DNA from: Cardiobacteriaceae bacterium
GTDB taxonomy: Bacteria; Pseudomonadota; Gammaproteobacteria; Cardiobacteriales; Cardiobacteriaceae
NCBI GenBank assembly: GCA_030529365.1
Contig: JAUMXB010000008.1
Span: forward strand, 8,271-72,270
DNA length: 64,000 nt
Reading direction: 5' to 3'
Below, piece after piece: positions 39,997 to 49,402 of this stretch (its first letter is position 1; every line of letters begins with the position of its first letter). Below the pieces are notes generated by a model, which searched no databases, was not told the origin of the DNA, and saw nothing but the letters and a program-made list of their open reading frames with translations. The position numbers and the translations under genes are program-made.

Positions 39997-40149
39997 GGCA
40001 GCGCTGCGGCATCGGGAAACCGGTCAATGCCCGTCATTATATTGGGAGCAATACCGCTATCGGATGGTAGCCGCTTGGGAGATGGCGGGTTTTGACTGAT
40101 TCAGCCATAGTGGGGAAAATCCGCTATCAGCCGAAAACGGCATATCATG

Positions 40150-40252
40150 TTTATGAGAAAAATGAAGTAAATTTACCAATGATAAGCGCTTTCCGTGAGA
40201 AAATTTATCGAACAAAGCGCTTTTTGGTGAGAATATTTACCATTTTCTGTTG
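40150..40252. repeat. type-1 palindromic-unit repeat, copy 15
   Basis: TTTATGAGAAAAATGAAGTAAATTTACCAATGATAAGCGCTTTCCGTGAGAAAATTTATCGAACAAAGCGCTTTTTGGTGAGAATATTTACC. Confidence 0.75.
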
Positions 40253-40334
40253 CGGTGCACCACGTGACGCGGGCAAGGGTTGCGCGCTGCGCGTTCTGCC
40301 TGGCTGATTTACGGGATATTTGTGAACCGGCTAC

Positions 40335-40410
40335 GATGAGAAATTTTCTCATTCATAAGCGCTTTTGGTGAGAAATTTTCTCGCACAAAGCGCTTTTTGG
40401 TGGTAAGAAA
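40335..40410. repeat. type-1 palindromic-unit repeat, copy 16
   Basis: GATGAGAAATTTTCTCATTCATAAGCGCTTTTGGTGAGAAATTTTCTCGCACAAAGCGCTTTTTGGTGGTAAGAAACT. Confidence 0.75.
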
Positions 40411-40424
40411 CTGTTTTTTTGCAG

Positions 40425-41267
40425 TTATTGCAAAAGCCAGTAGAGAAGGGCAAGGAGCGCCATCGCGGCGGCGGCATAGCCTGCGATGCGCCAGGAGGAA
40501 TAGGCGGTGGTGTGCGGCGGATCGTTGCGCAGGGTTTCCGCTTCTTCCGGCGTCTGGCTTTCCTGGCAGATATGCTCGATAACGGCTTCCAGCGCCGCCT
40601 TGTGGCTGGCAGAGATGCTGATAGCGTCGCCATGAACGATGCCGAGCGCGATAAGCTCGCTGGCATTGCCAGCATTGGCGCTGCGGCCGTCCGCGGCATG
40701 CACGCGCACGTCGCCATCCAGTGTGCGCACGAGGTCGCTCAGTCTGGTGGCGGGCAGGAGATGCAGACCGGGGGCGTGCGGATAGACGATGCCCTGGCAG
40801 TGCGGCGTATCACTGCTGCCGGTGGTGTCGCGTTTTTCGCAGGGCAGGGTGAGCAGATCGATGATGTCTTGCGCCTGCGTGGCGTTTTTCAGCCTGGCGA
40901 GGCGGTCGTCCTGGTCGAGCAGGGAAGCGATGTGGCGCAGCGCGGCCAGATATTCTTCATGCTGCGCAGCAACGGCGATGATGAGCTCGGCTTTTTCCGC
41001 GTTCGGACCCCAGGGTATGCCTTCAGGCGCGCGGATCACGGCCATGCCGTTTTCGCGGATGTGGCGCTCGGTTTGCGCCACACCGTGCGGCAGGGCGACG
41101 CCGTGGCCAAGATAGGTGTTGCTCATGGCCTCGCGCGCGATCATGCCGTAGCGGAAGGGTTCTTCCACGCAACCGGCATCGGTCAGCAGTTCGGCGGCAC
41201 GGGCTATCGCCGCCATTTTGTCGGCGGGCGGTCGGTCGAGGCAGATGAGTTCAGGAGTGAGGCGCAT
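40425..41267 (-). CDS. EIIA(Fru/Ntr-type)-HPr-like fusion protein with C-terminal hydrophobic anchor
   Basis: 280 aa; N-terminal PTS_EIIA_2 domain with GHGVALPHG; residues ~160-245 HPr-like (..PGLHLLPATRL..GRSANAGNASELIALGIVHGDAISISASH..); last 25 residues hydrophobic (WRIAGYAAAAMALLALLYWLL). Confidence 0.7.
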   Translation of the reverse strand: MRLTPELICLDRPPADKMAAIARAAELLTDAGCVEEPFRYGMIAREAMSNTYLGHGVALPHGVAQTERHIRENGMAVIRAPEGIPWGPNAEKAELIIAVAAQHEEYLAALRHIASLLDQDDRLARLKNATQAQDIIDLLTLPCEKRDTTGSSDTPHCQGIVYPHAPGLHLLPATRLSDLVRTLDGDVRVHAADGRSANAGNASELIALGIVHGDAISISASHKAALEAVIEHICQESQTPEEAETLRNDPPHTTAYSSWRIAGYAAAAMALLALLYWLLQ

Positions 41268-41485
41268 TATTTCTCGCGGAAGACGATGCGGCCCTTGGAG
41301 AGGTCATAAGGCGTCATTTCCACGCGCACTTTGTCTCCGGTGAGGATTTTGATGTAGTGCTTGCGCATGCGCCCGGAGATGTGGGCGTTGATTTCATGAC
41401 CGTTTTCCAGGCGGACGCGGAAAGTGGTGTTGGGCAGGCTTTCGGTAACGGTGCCCATCATTTCAATGTTGTCTTCTTTCGACAT
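41267..41485 (-). CDS. infA: translation initiation factor IF-1
   Basis: 72 aa; [32 protein letters not shown].. S1-like fold. Confidence 0.9.
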   Translation of the reverse strand: MSKEDNIEMMGTVTESLPNTTFRVRLENGHEINAHISGRMRKHYIKILTGDKVRVEMTPYDLSKGRIVFREK

Positions 41486-41618
41486 AGGTTCCTGTAGGGT
41501 TAAAAAAACGGCGCGATTCTAGCAAGTTGCCGACGCTTATTCAATGAATGCGGCACGGGATGCGGGCGCTCGTGTAAACTGCCTCCGTTTGTTTGGCCAT
41601 TGTTTTAAGGAGTGTGTG

Positions 41619-42719
41619 ATGAGTGAGCTGAAAACCGCTTTGTTCGATTGGCATGTGGGCCGTGGCGCGAAGATGGTGCCGTTTGCCGGCTATGCCATGC
41701 CGGTGCAATACGTCGACGGTATCGTGAAGGAGCACGGGCATACGCGCGAGAAAGCGGGGCTGTTCGATGTCTCGCATATGGGGCAGGTGATCGTGACGGG
41801 CGACAATGCGGCCGCTGCCCTGGAGCGCTTGCTGCCGGTGGATTTGCAGAGCCTGGCCGTCGGGCAGCAGCGCTATGCGTTTTTCACCAACGATCAGGGC
41901 GGCATCGAGGATGATTTGATGCTGACGCGGCGCGAGAACGATTTCTACGTGGTGGTCAATGCCGCGTGCAAGGAAGCGGATTTCGCCCGCTTGCAGCAGG
42001 GCTTGCCCGATTGCAAGGTGCAATGGTGGGAGGATCGCGCGCTGCTCGCCTTGCAGGGGCCGGAAGCGGTGGCAGTGCTTTCTGCCCTCAATCCGGCAGT
42101 TGCTGATTTGACGTTTATGCGCGGCGGCGAATTTGAATTGGTTGGCGAAAAATGCTGGGTGAGCCGCACCGGCTACACTGGCGAGGACGGTTTTGAGATT
42201 TCCGTGGCCAACAGTGCCGCAGTGAAATTCGCCGATGCCTTGCTCGCGGATGCGCGCGTCAAACCCATTGGCCTCGGCGCGCGCGACAGCCTGCGTCTCG
42301 AAGCCGGGCTGTGCCTCTACGGCAATGATATCGATACCAAAACCACGCCGGTGGAAGCCGGTTTGCTGTGGGCGATCCAGAAAGTGCGCCGTCCGGGCGG
42401 TGAACGCGCAGGCGGCTATCCCGGTGCGGACGTGATTGGCGCGCAAATCGACAATGGCGCGCAGCGCAAGCGCGTGGGGCTCGCCATCGATGGCCGCGTG
42501 CCGGTGCGTGCGCATACCGAATTGTTCCTGAATGATGAACAGGTTGGCGAAGTGACCAGCGGCGGCTTCGGCGCCAGCGTCAATGCCCCGATTGCCATGG
42601 GTTATGTGCGCACCGGTCTGGCCACGGCAGGCACCAAGCTCGTCGCCAAAGTGCGCGGCAAGGATGTGGCCGTGGAAGTGGTGGCCATGCCGTTCGTGAA
42701 GAAGGATTACAAGAAATAA
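41619..42719 (+). CDS. gcvT: glycine cleavage system aminomethyltransferase T protein
   Basis: 366 aa from ATG preceded by AAGGAG; ..GYAMPVQYVDGIVKEH.., ..SRTGYTGEDGFEIS.. Confidence 0.9.
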   Translation: MSELKTALFDWHVGRGAKMVPFAGYAMPVQYVDGIVKEHGHTREKAGLFDVSHMGQVIVTGDNAAAALERLLPVDLQSLAVGQQRYAFFTNDQGGIEDDLMLTRRENDFYVVVNAACKEADFARLQQGLPDCKVQWWEDRALLALQGPEAVAVLSALNPAVADLTFMRGGEFELVGEKCWVSRTGYTGEDGFEISVANSAAVKFADALLADARVKPIGLGARDSLRLEAGLCLYGNDIDTKTTPVEAGLLWAIQKVRRPGGERAGGYPGADVIGAQIDNGAQRKRVGLAIDGRVPVRAHTELFLNDEQVGEVTSGGFGASVNAPIAMGYVRTGLATAGTKLVAKVRGKDVAVEVVAMPFVKKDYKK

Positions 42720-42734
42720 GAAAATATCGTTGCT

Positions 42735-42810
42735 TTTTATCAAAATCAAGCGCTTATCGTGAGAAATTTTCTCTATACAAGCGCTTAAACTTGAGAAAAT
42801 TTACCAAACA
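42735..42810. repeat. type-1 palindromic-unit repeat, copy 17
   Basis: TTTTTATCAAAATCAAGCGCTTATCGTGAGAAATTTTCTCTATACAAGCGCTTAAACTTGAGAAAATTTACC; ends ~3 nt before cysE start codon. Confidence 0.75.
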
Positions 42811-42812
42811 AG

Positions 42813-43475
42813 ATGATGAAATGGTTTCAATTGATCCGTGAGGATTTTGCCGTGGTCGCTGAACGCGATCCGGCGACGCGCAGCGCCTTTGCCATTCTCA
42901 CGCTGCATACCGGCTTTTGGGCGGTGGCGAGTTATCGCCTGCAACATGCCTTGTGGGGCATGGGGCTGAAATGGCTGGCGCGCTGGCTGTCGTTGGTGTC
43001 GCGGCTTGTTACCGGCGTGGAGATTCATCCCGCGGTGAAAGCGGGGCGCAGGCTTTTCATCGATCACGGCATGGGCATCGTGATCGGCGAGACGGCGGAA
43101 CTCGGCGACGATGTCAGCATTTATCAGGGCGTGACCCTGGGTGGCACGTCGTGGGCGCAGGAGAAGCGCCATCCCACGATCGGCAACAACGTGATTCTCG
43201 GCGCGGGTGCAAAGGTGATCGGCGCGATCACGCTTGCGGACAATGTGCGCGTGGGCAGCAATGCCGTCGTCGTCAAGGATGTGGCGGCGCAAACCACGGT
43301 GGTCGGCATTCCCGCCAAACCGGTGAAAGACAGCAAGGATGATTGCCAGTCCTTTGAAGCCTATGCGCAAAGTACGGATATCGCCGATCCGGTGATGCAG
43401 CTTCTCGAGCAGCTCAATGCGCGCATCTGCAAGCTGGAAGCGGAAAACGAGGCTTTGAAAAAACGTGAATCCTGA
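42813..43475 (+). CDS. cysE: serine O-acetyltransferase
   Basis: 220 aa; N-terminal SATase helical domain ..[30 protein letters not shown].., hexapeptide repeats ..[32 protein letters not shown].. Confidence 0.8.
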   Translation: MMKWFQLIREDFAVVAERDPATRSAFAILTLHTGFWAVASYRLQHALWGMGLKWLARWLSLVSRLVTGVEIHPAVKAGRRLFIDHGMGIVIGETAELGDDVSIYQGVTLGGTSWAQEKRHPTIGNNVILGAGAKVIGAITLADNVRVGSNAVVVKDVAAQTTVVGIPAKPVKDSKDDCQSFEAYAQSTDIADPVMQLLEQLNARICKLEAENEALKKRES

Positions 43476-44586
43476 CTGGGCCTATTTCGATTATGCCGCG
43501 ACCACACCGGTGGCCGATGCGGCCTTGCGCGCGTTTGCGGAAGCGCTTGCCTTTCCCGGCAACAGCGGCGCGACGCATGGCCCCGGCTTGCGCGCGCGCG
43601 CCATGCTGGAAGACGCGCGCGAACGCTTTGCCGCCTGTGTCGGCGCGGACAGTCGCGAAATCGTCTTTACCAGCGGCGCGACTGAAGCCAACAATCTTGC
43701 CCTCAAGGGCACTTTCGCCTATCACGGCGTGAAAAATCCGCGTCTCGTCACCGTGCAGACCGAGCACAAGGCCGTGCTCGATCCGGCGGGGATTCTGGTG
43801 AAAAGCGGGGTGGACGCGGTGTTCTTGCCGGTGCGCGCTGACGGATTGCTCGATCTGGCCGTGTTCGAGGAAGCGCTTGCCGCGAAGCCGCCGACGCTGG
43901 TGAGCGTGATGGCCGTCAACAACGAAACCGGCGTGGTACAGCCCTTGCGCGCCATTGCCGATCTGGTGCACCGCTACGGTGGCAAATTCCATGTCGATGC
44001 CGCGCAGGCGCTCGGCAAGATCGCTGTTGACGTGCGCGCCTGGGATGCGGACATGGTCAGCTTTTCCGGGCACAAGGTATATGCGCCGCAGGGCATTGGC
44101 GCGCTGTTCGTGCGGCGTTTGCCCAAGATGCGCTTGCAGGCGCTGTTGCATGGCGGCGGCCAGGAACGCGGACGCCGTTCCGGCACGTCGCCCCTGGCGC
44201 TGGTTTGCGCTTTTGCTGCGGCGCTGGAAGAAGCCACCCACGCGCTGCCCGCGCGCATCGCTACGGTGCAGGCGCATTTTGATGCTTTGCACGCGGCGCT
44301 GCCTGGCACCATGACCATCAACGGCGCGCTTGAAAAAGCCTGTCGCGTGCCGCATATCGTCAACGTTGCCACCGGCAGGGACGTGGCCGACGTGCTCGCC
44401 CGTGCGGACGCCGCCCGCATTGCTCTCTCGGCCGGTTCGGCCTGCCAGTCCGGCGAGGCTTCGCATGTCTTGCAGGCGATGGGGCGGGAGAGGAGCGGCG
44501 GCATTCGCGTGTCGCTCTCGCATTTGACCACGCCAGCGGAAATGGCGAGACTAACCACATTTTTCAATACCCTGGAAAACCCATGA
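43465..44586 (+). CDS. cysteine desulfurase (NifS/IscS family, class V aminotransferase)
   Basis: 373 aa; PLP lysine in ..[12 protein letters not shown].., catalytic Cys in ..[10 protein letters not shown].. Confidence 0.8.
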   Translation: MNPDWAYFDYAATTPVADAALRAFAEALAFPGNSGATHGPGLRARAMLEDARERFAACVGADSREIVFTSGATEANNLALKGTFAYHGVKNPRLVTVQTEHKAVLDPAGILVKSGVDAVFLPVRADGLLDLAVFEEALAAKPPTLVSVMAVNNETGVVQPLRAIADLVHRYGGKFHVDAAQALGKIAVDVRAWDADMVSFSGHKVYAPQGIGALFVRRLPKMRLQALLHGGGQERGRRSGTSPLALVCAFAAALEEATHALPARIATVQAHFDALHAALPGTMTINGALEKACRVPHIVNVATGRDVADVLARADAARIALSAGSACQSGEASHVLQAMGRERSGGIRVSLSHLTTPAEMARLTTFFNTLENP

Positions 44587-44906
44587 TCGAACTCACCGAC
44601 GCGGCCGTCGCCCGCGTGGAAAAACAGCTTGCCAAGCGCGGCAGCGGGCTTGGCATCCAGATCGGCGTCAAGCGCTCCGGCTGCTCCGGCTACAGCTACG
44701 ACATCGATTTTCTCGATGCCATCGAAGAAGATATGCGCACCGAAAGCTACGGCAACATCACCGTCGCCGTGCGCGAAGCCGATCTCGCCCTGCTCGATGG
44801 CCTGCGCCTCGACGTGAAAAAAGAAGGGCTTAACGAACATTTCGTTTTCGACAATCCCAAAGCCAGCGCCACCTGCGGCTGCGGCACCAGTTTCAGCATC
44901 AGCTAA
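44583..44906 (+). CDS. iron-sulfur cluster insertion protein (IscA/ErpA/HesB family)
   Basis: 107 aa; ..GCSGYSY.. and C-terminal ..CGCGTSF.. cluster-binding cysteines. Confidence 0.85.
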   Translation: MIELTDAAVARVEKQLAKRGSGLGIQIGVKRSGCSGYSYDIDFLDAIEEDMRTESYGNITVAVREADLALLDGLRLDVKKEGLNEHFVFDNPKASATCGCGTSFSIS

Positions 44907-44915
44907 GGAAGATTT

Positions 44916-45956
44916 ATGTCATTGACCAGCAAATCCGTGGGCGGCGCCCGCAAAATCGTCGGATTCTACAGCCCGAGCGCGTGGAAAGCGCATGGCTGGC
45001 TGTGGCGCGGCGCGCTTGTGGTCGGCACTCTGGTGGCGCTTGTTCTCGCCACCATGTGGTGGTGGAACGAGGAAGCGCCGCTTTTTGACGTGAACGAAGC
45101 TGCCGTCGCCTATCTCGACGAGGGCACGCAGCCGGTTGTCGGCTCGACCGTGGCCGGCACGACCGCGAAAATCATCGACACGCTCCTGCACAAGCGCGGC
45201 GGCTATCTGCGCAACGACAAGGCCTCGCCCGCCGTTTTCATGGACAACATCCCCGAATGGGAATACGGCGTGATCACCCTCCTGCGCGGCACCACGCAGG
45301 CCCTGCGCAACGATTTCAGCCGTTCGCAGTCGCAATCGGTGCAGGCGAAAATGCTTGAATCCGCCGACAACCAGATGCGCATCGACAGCAAAAGCTGGAT
45401 GTTCCCAAGCACGGAAAGCGCTTATGAAGGCGCGCAGGCCGATATCATTGCCTACGCGCGCGAACTCACCGATGCCAACCCCAACAACGCGCAATTCTTC
45501 GCACGCGCCGACAACCTTACCAACTACCTCGAACTCGTCTCGAAAAACCTGGGCGACATTGCCCAGCAGCTCTCCGCGAGCGTGGGAGACGTGATCGTCA
45601 ACGCCGAAAGCGACGCCCAGGCCAAGGAAGCGCCGAGCAGCCGCGTGGAGCGCACGCCGTGGCTGCAAATCGACAACCACTTCTATTTCGCGCGCGGCTA
45701 CAGCTGGGCGCTGCTGCACGAGCTGAAAGCCATCCGCGTCGATTTTCATGCCACGCTCGAGCGCAAGAACGCTCTTGCCCCGCTCGACCAGATCATCGGC
45801 GAGCTGGAAAAAACGCAAAAACCGGTATTCAGCCCGGTGATCCTGAATGGTCGCGGCTTTGGCTTTACCGCCAACCACTCGCTCGTCATGGCGTCGTACA
45901 TCTCGCGGGTGAACGCGGCCATCATTGATTTGCAACAACTTCTGAGAAACGGCTGA
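44916..45956 (+). CDS. hypothetical membrane protein (possibly DUF2333 family)
   Basis: 346 aa; one N-terminal TM helix (WLWRGALVVGTLVALVLATMWWW) then soluble domain; family call from memory of DUF2333 architecture, not verified. Confidence 0.55.
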   Translation: MSLTSKSVGGARKIVGFYSPSAWKAHGWLWRGALVVGTLVALVLATMWWWNEEAPLFDVNEAAVAYLDEGTQPVVGSTVAGTTAKIIDTLLHKRGGYLRNDKASPAVFMDNIPEWEYGVITLLRGTTQALRNDFSRSQSQSVQAKMLESADNQMRIDSKSWMFPSTESAYEGAQADIIAYARELTDANPNNAQFFARADNLTNYLELVSKNLGDIAQQLSASVGDVIVNAESDAQAKEAPSSRVERTPWLQIDNHFYFARGYSWALLHELKAIRVDFHATLERKNALAPLDQIIGELEKTQKPVFSPVILNGRGFGFTANHSLVMASYISRVNAAIIDLQQLLRNG

Positions 45957-46390
45957 TGAGCATCTTTGATCCGCACAAAAACGGCCGCCCGCCGCAGGCG
46001 CTGGAAACCGCCACTCCCGCGCACGATCCCGACCATGCCGCGCGCTTGCAGGAAGCGGCGCACCGCGAAGACTGGTACGAAGTGCACCGCCTGTATCGCG
46101 AGGGCGGCAAGGAAAATCTGCCCGCCGCTGCCGTCTATCCGCTTGCCCGCTATCTCGCCGACGAAAACCGCCCCGACGAAGCGCTCGAACTCCTGCAAGG
46201 CTTTGCCAGCCGTCATCCCGACCATCCCGACGTGGTGAAAGGCTATGTACTCGCCGCGCACATCATGCGCCGCGATTTCGGCGACGGCGAAGGCGCGCGC
46301 CTGCTCCTGGAAAATCTGGCCGCGCGTTATGCCGAGCATCCTGATTATCCGCTCATCAATGCCCAACTGGAAAAACCGGAGGCCCCATGA
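45956..46390 (+). CDS. hypothetical protein (TPR-like helical)
   Basis: 144 aa; start overlaps previous stop; coding-like composition. Confidence 0.5.
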   Translation: MSIFDPHKNGRPPQALETATPAHDPDHAARLQEAAHREDWYEVHRLYREGGKENLPAAAVYPLARYLADENRPDEALELLQGFASRHPDHPDVVKGYVLAAHIMRRDFGDGEGARLLLENLAARYAEHPDYPLINAQLEKPEAP

Positions 46391-47229
46391 AGCCAGCTTT
46401 CCGCATTGCCCTGTGCAGTCTTGCCCTTGCCCTCTTTCCCGTTCAGGCAACGGAAAATGAACACGAAATACGCCTGGGCGATGTATTCAACATCTTGCTC
46501 GGCGCCTACAACGGCGCTGCCGATGTCGCCGAGCAGCGCGGCCATCCCTTCGCCGAGCGTTTGTCCACGGAAGATGCGCAGCGCCTCGAGCGCGGCCTGA
46601 ACCATTTGCAGGAAGAGCTTCGCGGACTGGTGCGCACGGACGGCACGCTGGACAGCAAGCGTGCCGCCGAACTGCTCAACGAATTGCAGCAATTGCGCAG
46701 CGACGGCAAGCGTTTTGATTTCGTGCAGGCGGAAGAAGCGCTGCGCCGCGCCGACAGCGAAGGAAACCTTGGCCTTGACAGCGTGCTGGGCGTCGTGATC
46801 AGCGCCGGCAGCGCGGCATTGTCGGCAGAAGTCGGCGAGCTCAAGGCGCTTGCCGCCGAACAGATGGGCAGCGCACCCTATCGTGGCGACAGCGTGCTCG
46901 TCGATCTGCTCAAACTCGTCTATGCCGACCGCGAACTCGACAGCGTGGATGCCGCGCGCGAGGAAAAAGCGCATAAGCTGCTGGCCGACGTGCTGGCCAA
47001 AGGGCAGGTGAGCGAAGCGCGCTACGAGGAAATCCGCAGGCTGCTCGACGCCATCGGCCGCCCCTTCAGGGACGATTACAAGGCCTGGGAACGCGGGCGC
47101 GACAAGATTGTGCGCCGCGAGCTGAAAATGCGGGAAATGAACGACGTGATCGGCGTGTTGCAAAACAAGGATTTGACGCCGGAACAGCGCGAACAGATTC
47201 TGCGTGCGTTACAGCCTGACAAGAAATAA
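46387..47229 (+). CDS. hypothetical secreted coiled-coil protein
   Basis: 280 aa; signal peptide MKPAFRIALCSLALALFPVQA; 4-nt overlap with previous gene. Confidence 0.55.
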   Translation: MKPAFRIALCSLALALFPVQATENEHEIRLGDVFNILLGAYNGAADVAEQRGHPFAERLSTEDAQRLERGLNHLQEELRGLVRTDGTLDSKRAAELLNELQQLRSDGKRFDFVQAEEALRRADSEGNLGLDSVLGVVISAGSAALSAEVGELKALAAEQMGSAPYRGDSVLVDLLKLVYADRELDSVDAAREEKAHKLLADVLAKGQVSEARYEEIRRLLDAIGRPFRDDYKAWERGRDKIVRRELKMREMNDVIGVLQNKDLTPEQREQILRALQPDKK

Positions 47230-47231
47230 GT

Positions 47232-47320
47232 AAAAATAGTTATTTTTTACCATAATGAAGCGCTTGTTGTGAGAATATTTCGCATAACAAGCGCTTTTCT
47301 TTGAGAAAATTTACCATTCG
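47232..47320. repeat. type-1 palindromic-unit repeat, copy 18
   Basis: AAAAATAGTTATTTTTTACCATAATGAAGCGCTTGTTGTGAGAATATTTCGCATAACAAGCGCTTTTCTTTGAGAAAATTTACC. Confidence 0.8.
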
Positions 47321-47338
47321 GACAAATCAGGCGGACAA

Positions 47339-48175
47339 TCAGGGCGTGAGCCAGGGATTGTCCGGCGCGCAGAGTACGCGGGCGTTGATGTAGGCCATGT
47401 CGAGGCTGATGACGTTGCGCACGGTGTATTTGCCGCGGGCAGCATCTTTTTCCATGACCAGCGCCATGTCGGCGATGTTGTCGCGGATGATGCACAGCGG
47501 CAGAAGAAGCTGGATGCGGTTGTCGTACCAGTGCGGCACGGCCAGGCGGTAATTGCGGCGCAGGCGCTCCATGAGTTGCAGGATGGCGCCTTCGAGGGCG
47601 TTGCGCGCCAGCGCCGGATTGCCGCGCAGCACTTGCGGCAGGCGGTCGCCGCTTTCGTGAAGGATGTAGTGGTAGTCGGTTTCCACATCGAGGCGGTGGT
47701 CGAAGACGAGATCGGCAGGGTCGTCCACATAGCTGGCGATGTCGGGCAATGGTTCGAATTCGCTGACTTTGTCGGAGTGGGCATCAAAGAAGCCGAAGAG
47801 CGTCCAGTCCGGCTGGTTGTATTCCAGCGCGCCGTGGTTGCGGTAGAAGGTGGCGTAGATGTCTTTGCCGCGGGTGGTTTGCAGGCCGGTGTTCAGGCAG
47901 GCGCGCGAATCGTCGCTGCTGTAGCGGATTTTGCCCTGCTCTTGCAGGCGGAGGAAGGTGTGGTTGAGATAGGCCTGGAGAATGGGATAGTCGCGGCCCT
48001 GGCGGCGCCGGTTGGGGCGGCTGAAGTTCCAGGCTTCGGGGCGGGCTTTTTCGGCGAGGCGCTGGAAGGGGGTTTCCCAGGTTTCGCCCTGTTCTTCACG
48101 CCAGGGAAAGTGGGCGAATACGCTGCGGTTGTCTTGTTCTCTGTATCGTTTGGAAAGGCTTTCGTACATTGTCAT
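47339..48175 (-). CDS. conserved hypothetical protein (possibly DUF3825-like)
   Basis: ~278 aa from internal Met (MTMYESLSKRY..); track ORF N-terminal 64 codons look like read-through; family uncertain. Confidence 0.45.
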   Translation of the reverse strand: MTMYESLSKRYREQDNRSVFAHFPWREEQGETWETPFQRLAEKARPEAWNFSRPNRRRQGRDYPILQAYLNHTFLRLQEQGKIRYSSDDSRACLNTGLQTTRGKDIYATFYRNHGALEYNQPDWTLFGFFDAHSDKVSEFEPLPDIASYVDDPADLVFDHRLDVETDYHYILHESGDRLPQVLRGNPALARNALEGAILQLMERLRRNYRLAVPHWYDNRIQLLLPLCIIRDNIADMALVMEKDAARGKYTVRNVISLDMAYINARVLCAPDNPWLTP

Positions 48176-48386
48176 GTCGGGTGTCCATGGGATGAATTTG
48201 TAATGTGATACCGTGCGCTTTGCCACGGCGCGGCACAGAATAGCAGAATTTTGCCGTTTTTCAGCGGGTGCGGCGTGAAAAAAGGCCATTGCCGGAGAGC
48301 GGATGGAATTATTCGCGGCAAACAGTTGCCCGCTGGCGGAAAATCCCCTAGTCTGGCGGCGTTGCAATCATGGAATACCAGACTTT

Positions 48387-49238
48387 ATGAACGACGAATC
48401 CTCCGGGTCGAAACCTTCGTGGTTTGAAAAACTTTCCGGCTTTTTCGGCGATAACGGCCAGGACGATGCGCCCAGAAAAACCCTTGCCAATCTGATTCAC
48501 CAGGCCAGGGATGACGGTCTGCTTGCCGGGGAGACGGCGCAGATGATGGAGGCGTTGCTGCATATCGGCAATATGCAGGTGCGCGATACCATGATTCCGC
48601 GCGGGCAGATGATTCTGATTGAAGATCATTGGTCTTTGGAGAAGGTGCTGGCCGTAATCATTGATGCCGGGCATTCGCGCTATCCGGTGGTGGATGCCGA
48701 CCACAAGCACATTCGCGGCATTCTCATCAGCAAGGATTTGCTGGCGCTGCTTGCAAGCGGCGAGGAAAATCCCGATTATCTTTCCTGCATCCGCAGCGCC
48801 ACCATCGTGCCGGAGAGCAAGCGGCTGGATGCGATGCTGCGCGATTTCCGCAGCAACCGCAACCATATGGCGATGGTGATGGATGAATACGGCGATCTTT
48901 CCGGGCTGATTACCATCGAGGATGTGATCGAGGAGATTGTCGGCGATATTGACGACGAGCATGATGAAGTGGCGGATGAGCCGATTGTCGCCAATGCTGA
49001 CGGCAGTTTCCAGGTGAAGGCGCTGACGCTGATTGCCGATTTCAACGAGCATTTCGGCACGCGCCTGTCGGACGAGGATGCTGATACCATCGGTGGCTTC
49101 GTGGCCCAGTATTTCGGGCGCATGCCGGTTCAGGGCGACAGTTTCGAGCTGGAGCCGTGGCAGCTGAGCGTGACCAAGGCCAACCAGCGCCGTGTGATCA
49201 GTCTGCTGGTGCGGCCGTTGCCGGCATCTGGTGATTGA
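48387..49238 (+). CDS. corC: CorC/HlyC family Mg2+/Co2+ efflux protein (tandem CBS + CorC_HlyC domain)
   Basis: 283 aa from Met29 of track ORF; two CBS domains, C-terminal transporter-associated domain. Confidence 0.85.
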   Translation: MNDESSGSKPSWFEKLSGFFGDNGQDDAPRKTLANLIHQARDDGLLAGETAQMMEALLHIGNMQVRDTMIPRGQMILIEDHWSLEKVLAVIIDAGHSRYPVVDADHKHIRGILISKDLLALLASGEENPDYLSCIRSATIVPESKRLDAMLRDFRSNRNHMAMVMDEYGDLSGLITIEDVIEEIVGDIDDEHDEVADEPIVANADGSFQVKALTLIADFNEHFGTRLSDEDADTIGGFVAQYFGRMPVQGDSFELEPWQLSVTKANQRRVISLLVRPLPASGD

Positions 49239-49267
49239 TTTTGTTTGATATTCTATTTTTTGCTTAA

Positions 49268-49355
49268 AAATAGTTATTTTTTCCCACCATTAAGCGCTTG
49301 TTGCGAGAAATTTTATCGCAACAAGCGCTTAATGGTGGGAAATTTTCTCATTCCG
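49268..49355. repeat. type-1 palindromic-unit repeat, copy 19
   Basis: AAAAATAGTTATTTTTTCCCACCATTAAGCGCTTGTTGCGAGAAATTTTATCGCAACAAGCGCTTAATGGTGGGAAATTTTCTCATTCC. Confidence 0.8.
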
Positions 49356-49402
49356 CTTAGGGCAAGCAGAGGGTGGCAGTCGCCCTGCATGGCCCGTTTC
49401 CT

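Noticed and set aside
41486-41618. Glycine riboswitch upstream of gcvT
   Set aside because: The 133-bp leader lacks the tandem GGAGAG..CACCG aptamer cores. A plain promoter/RBS region fits better.
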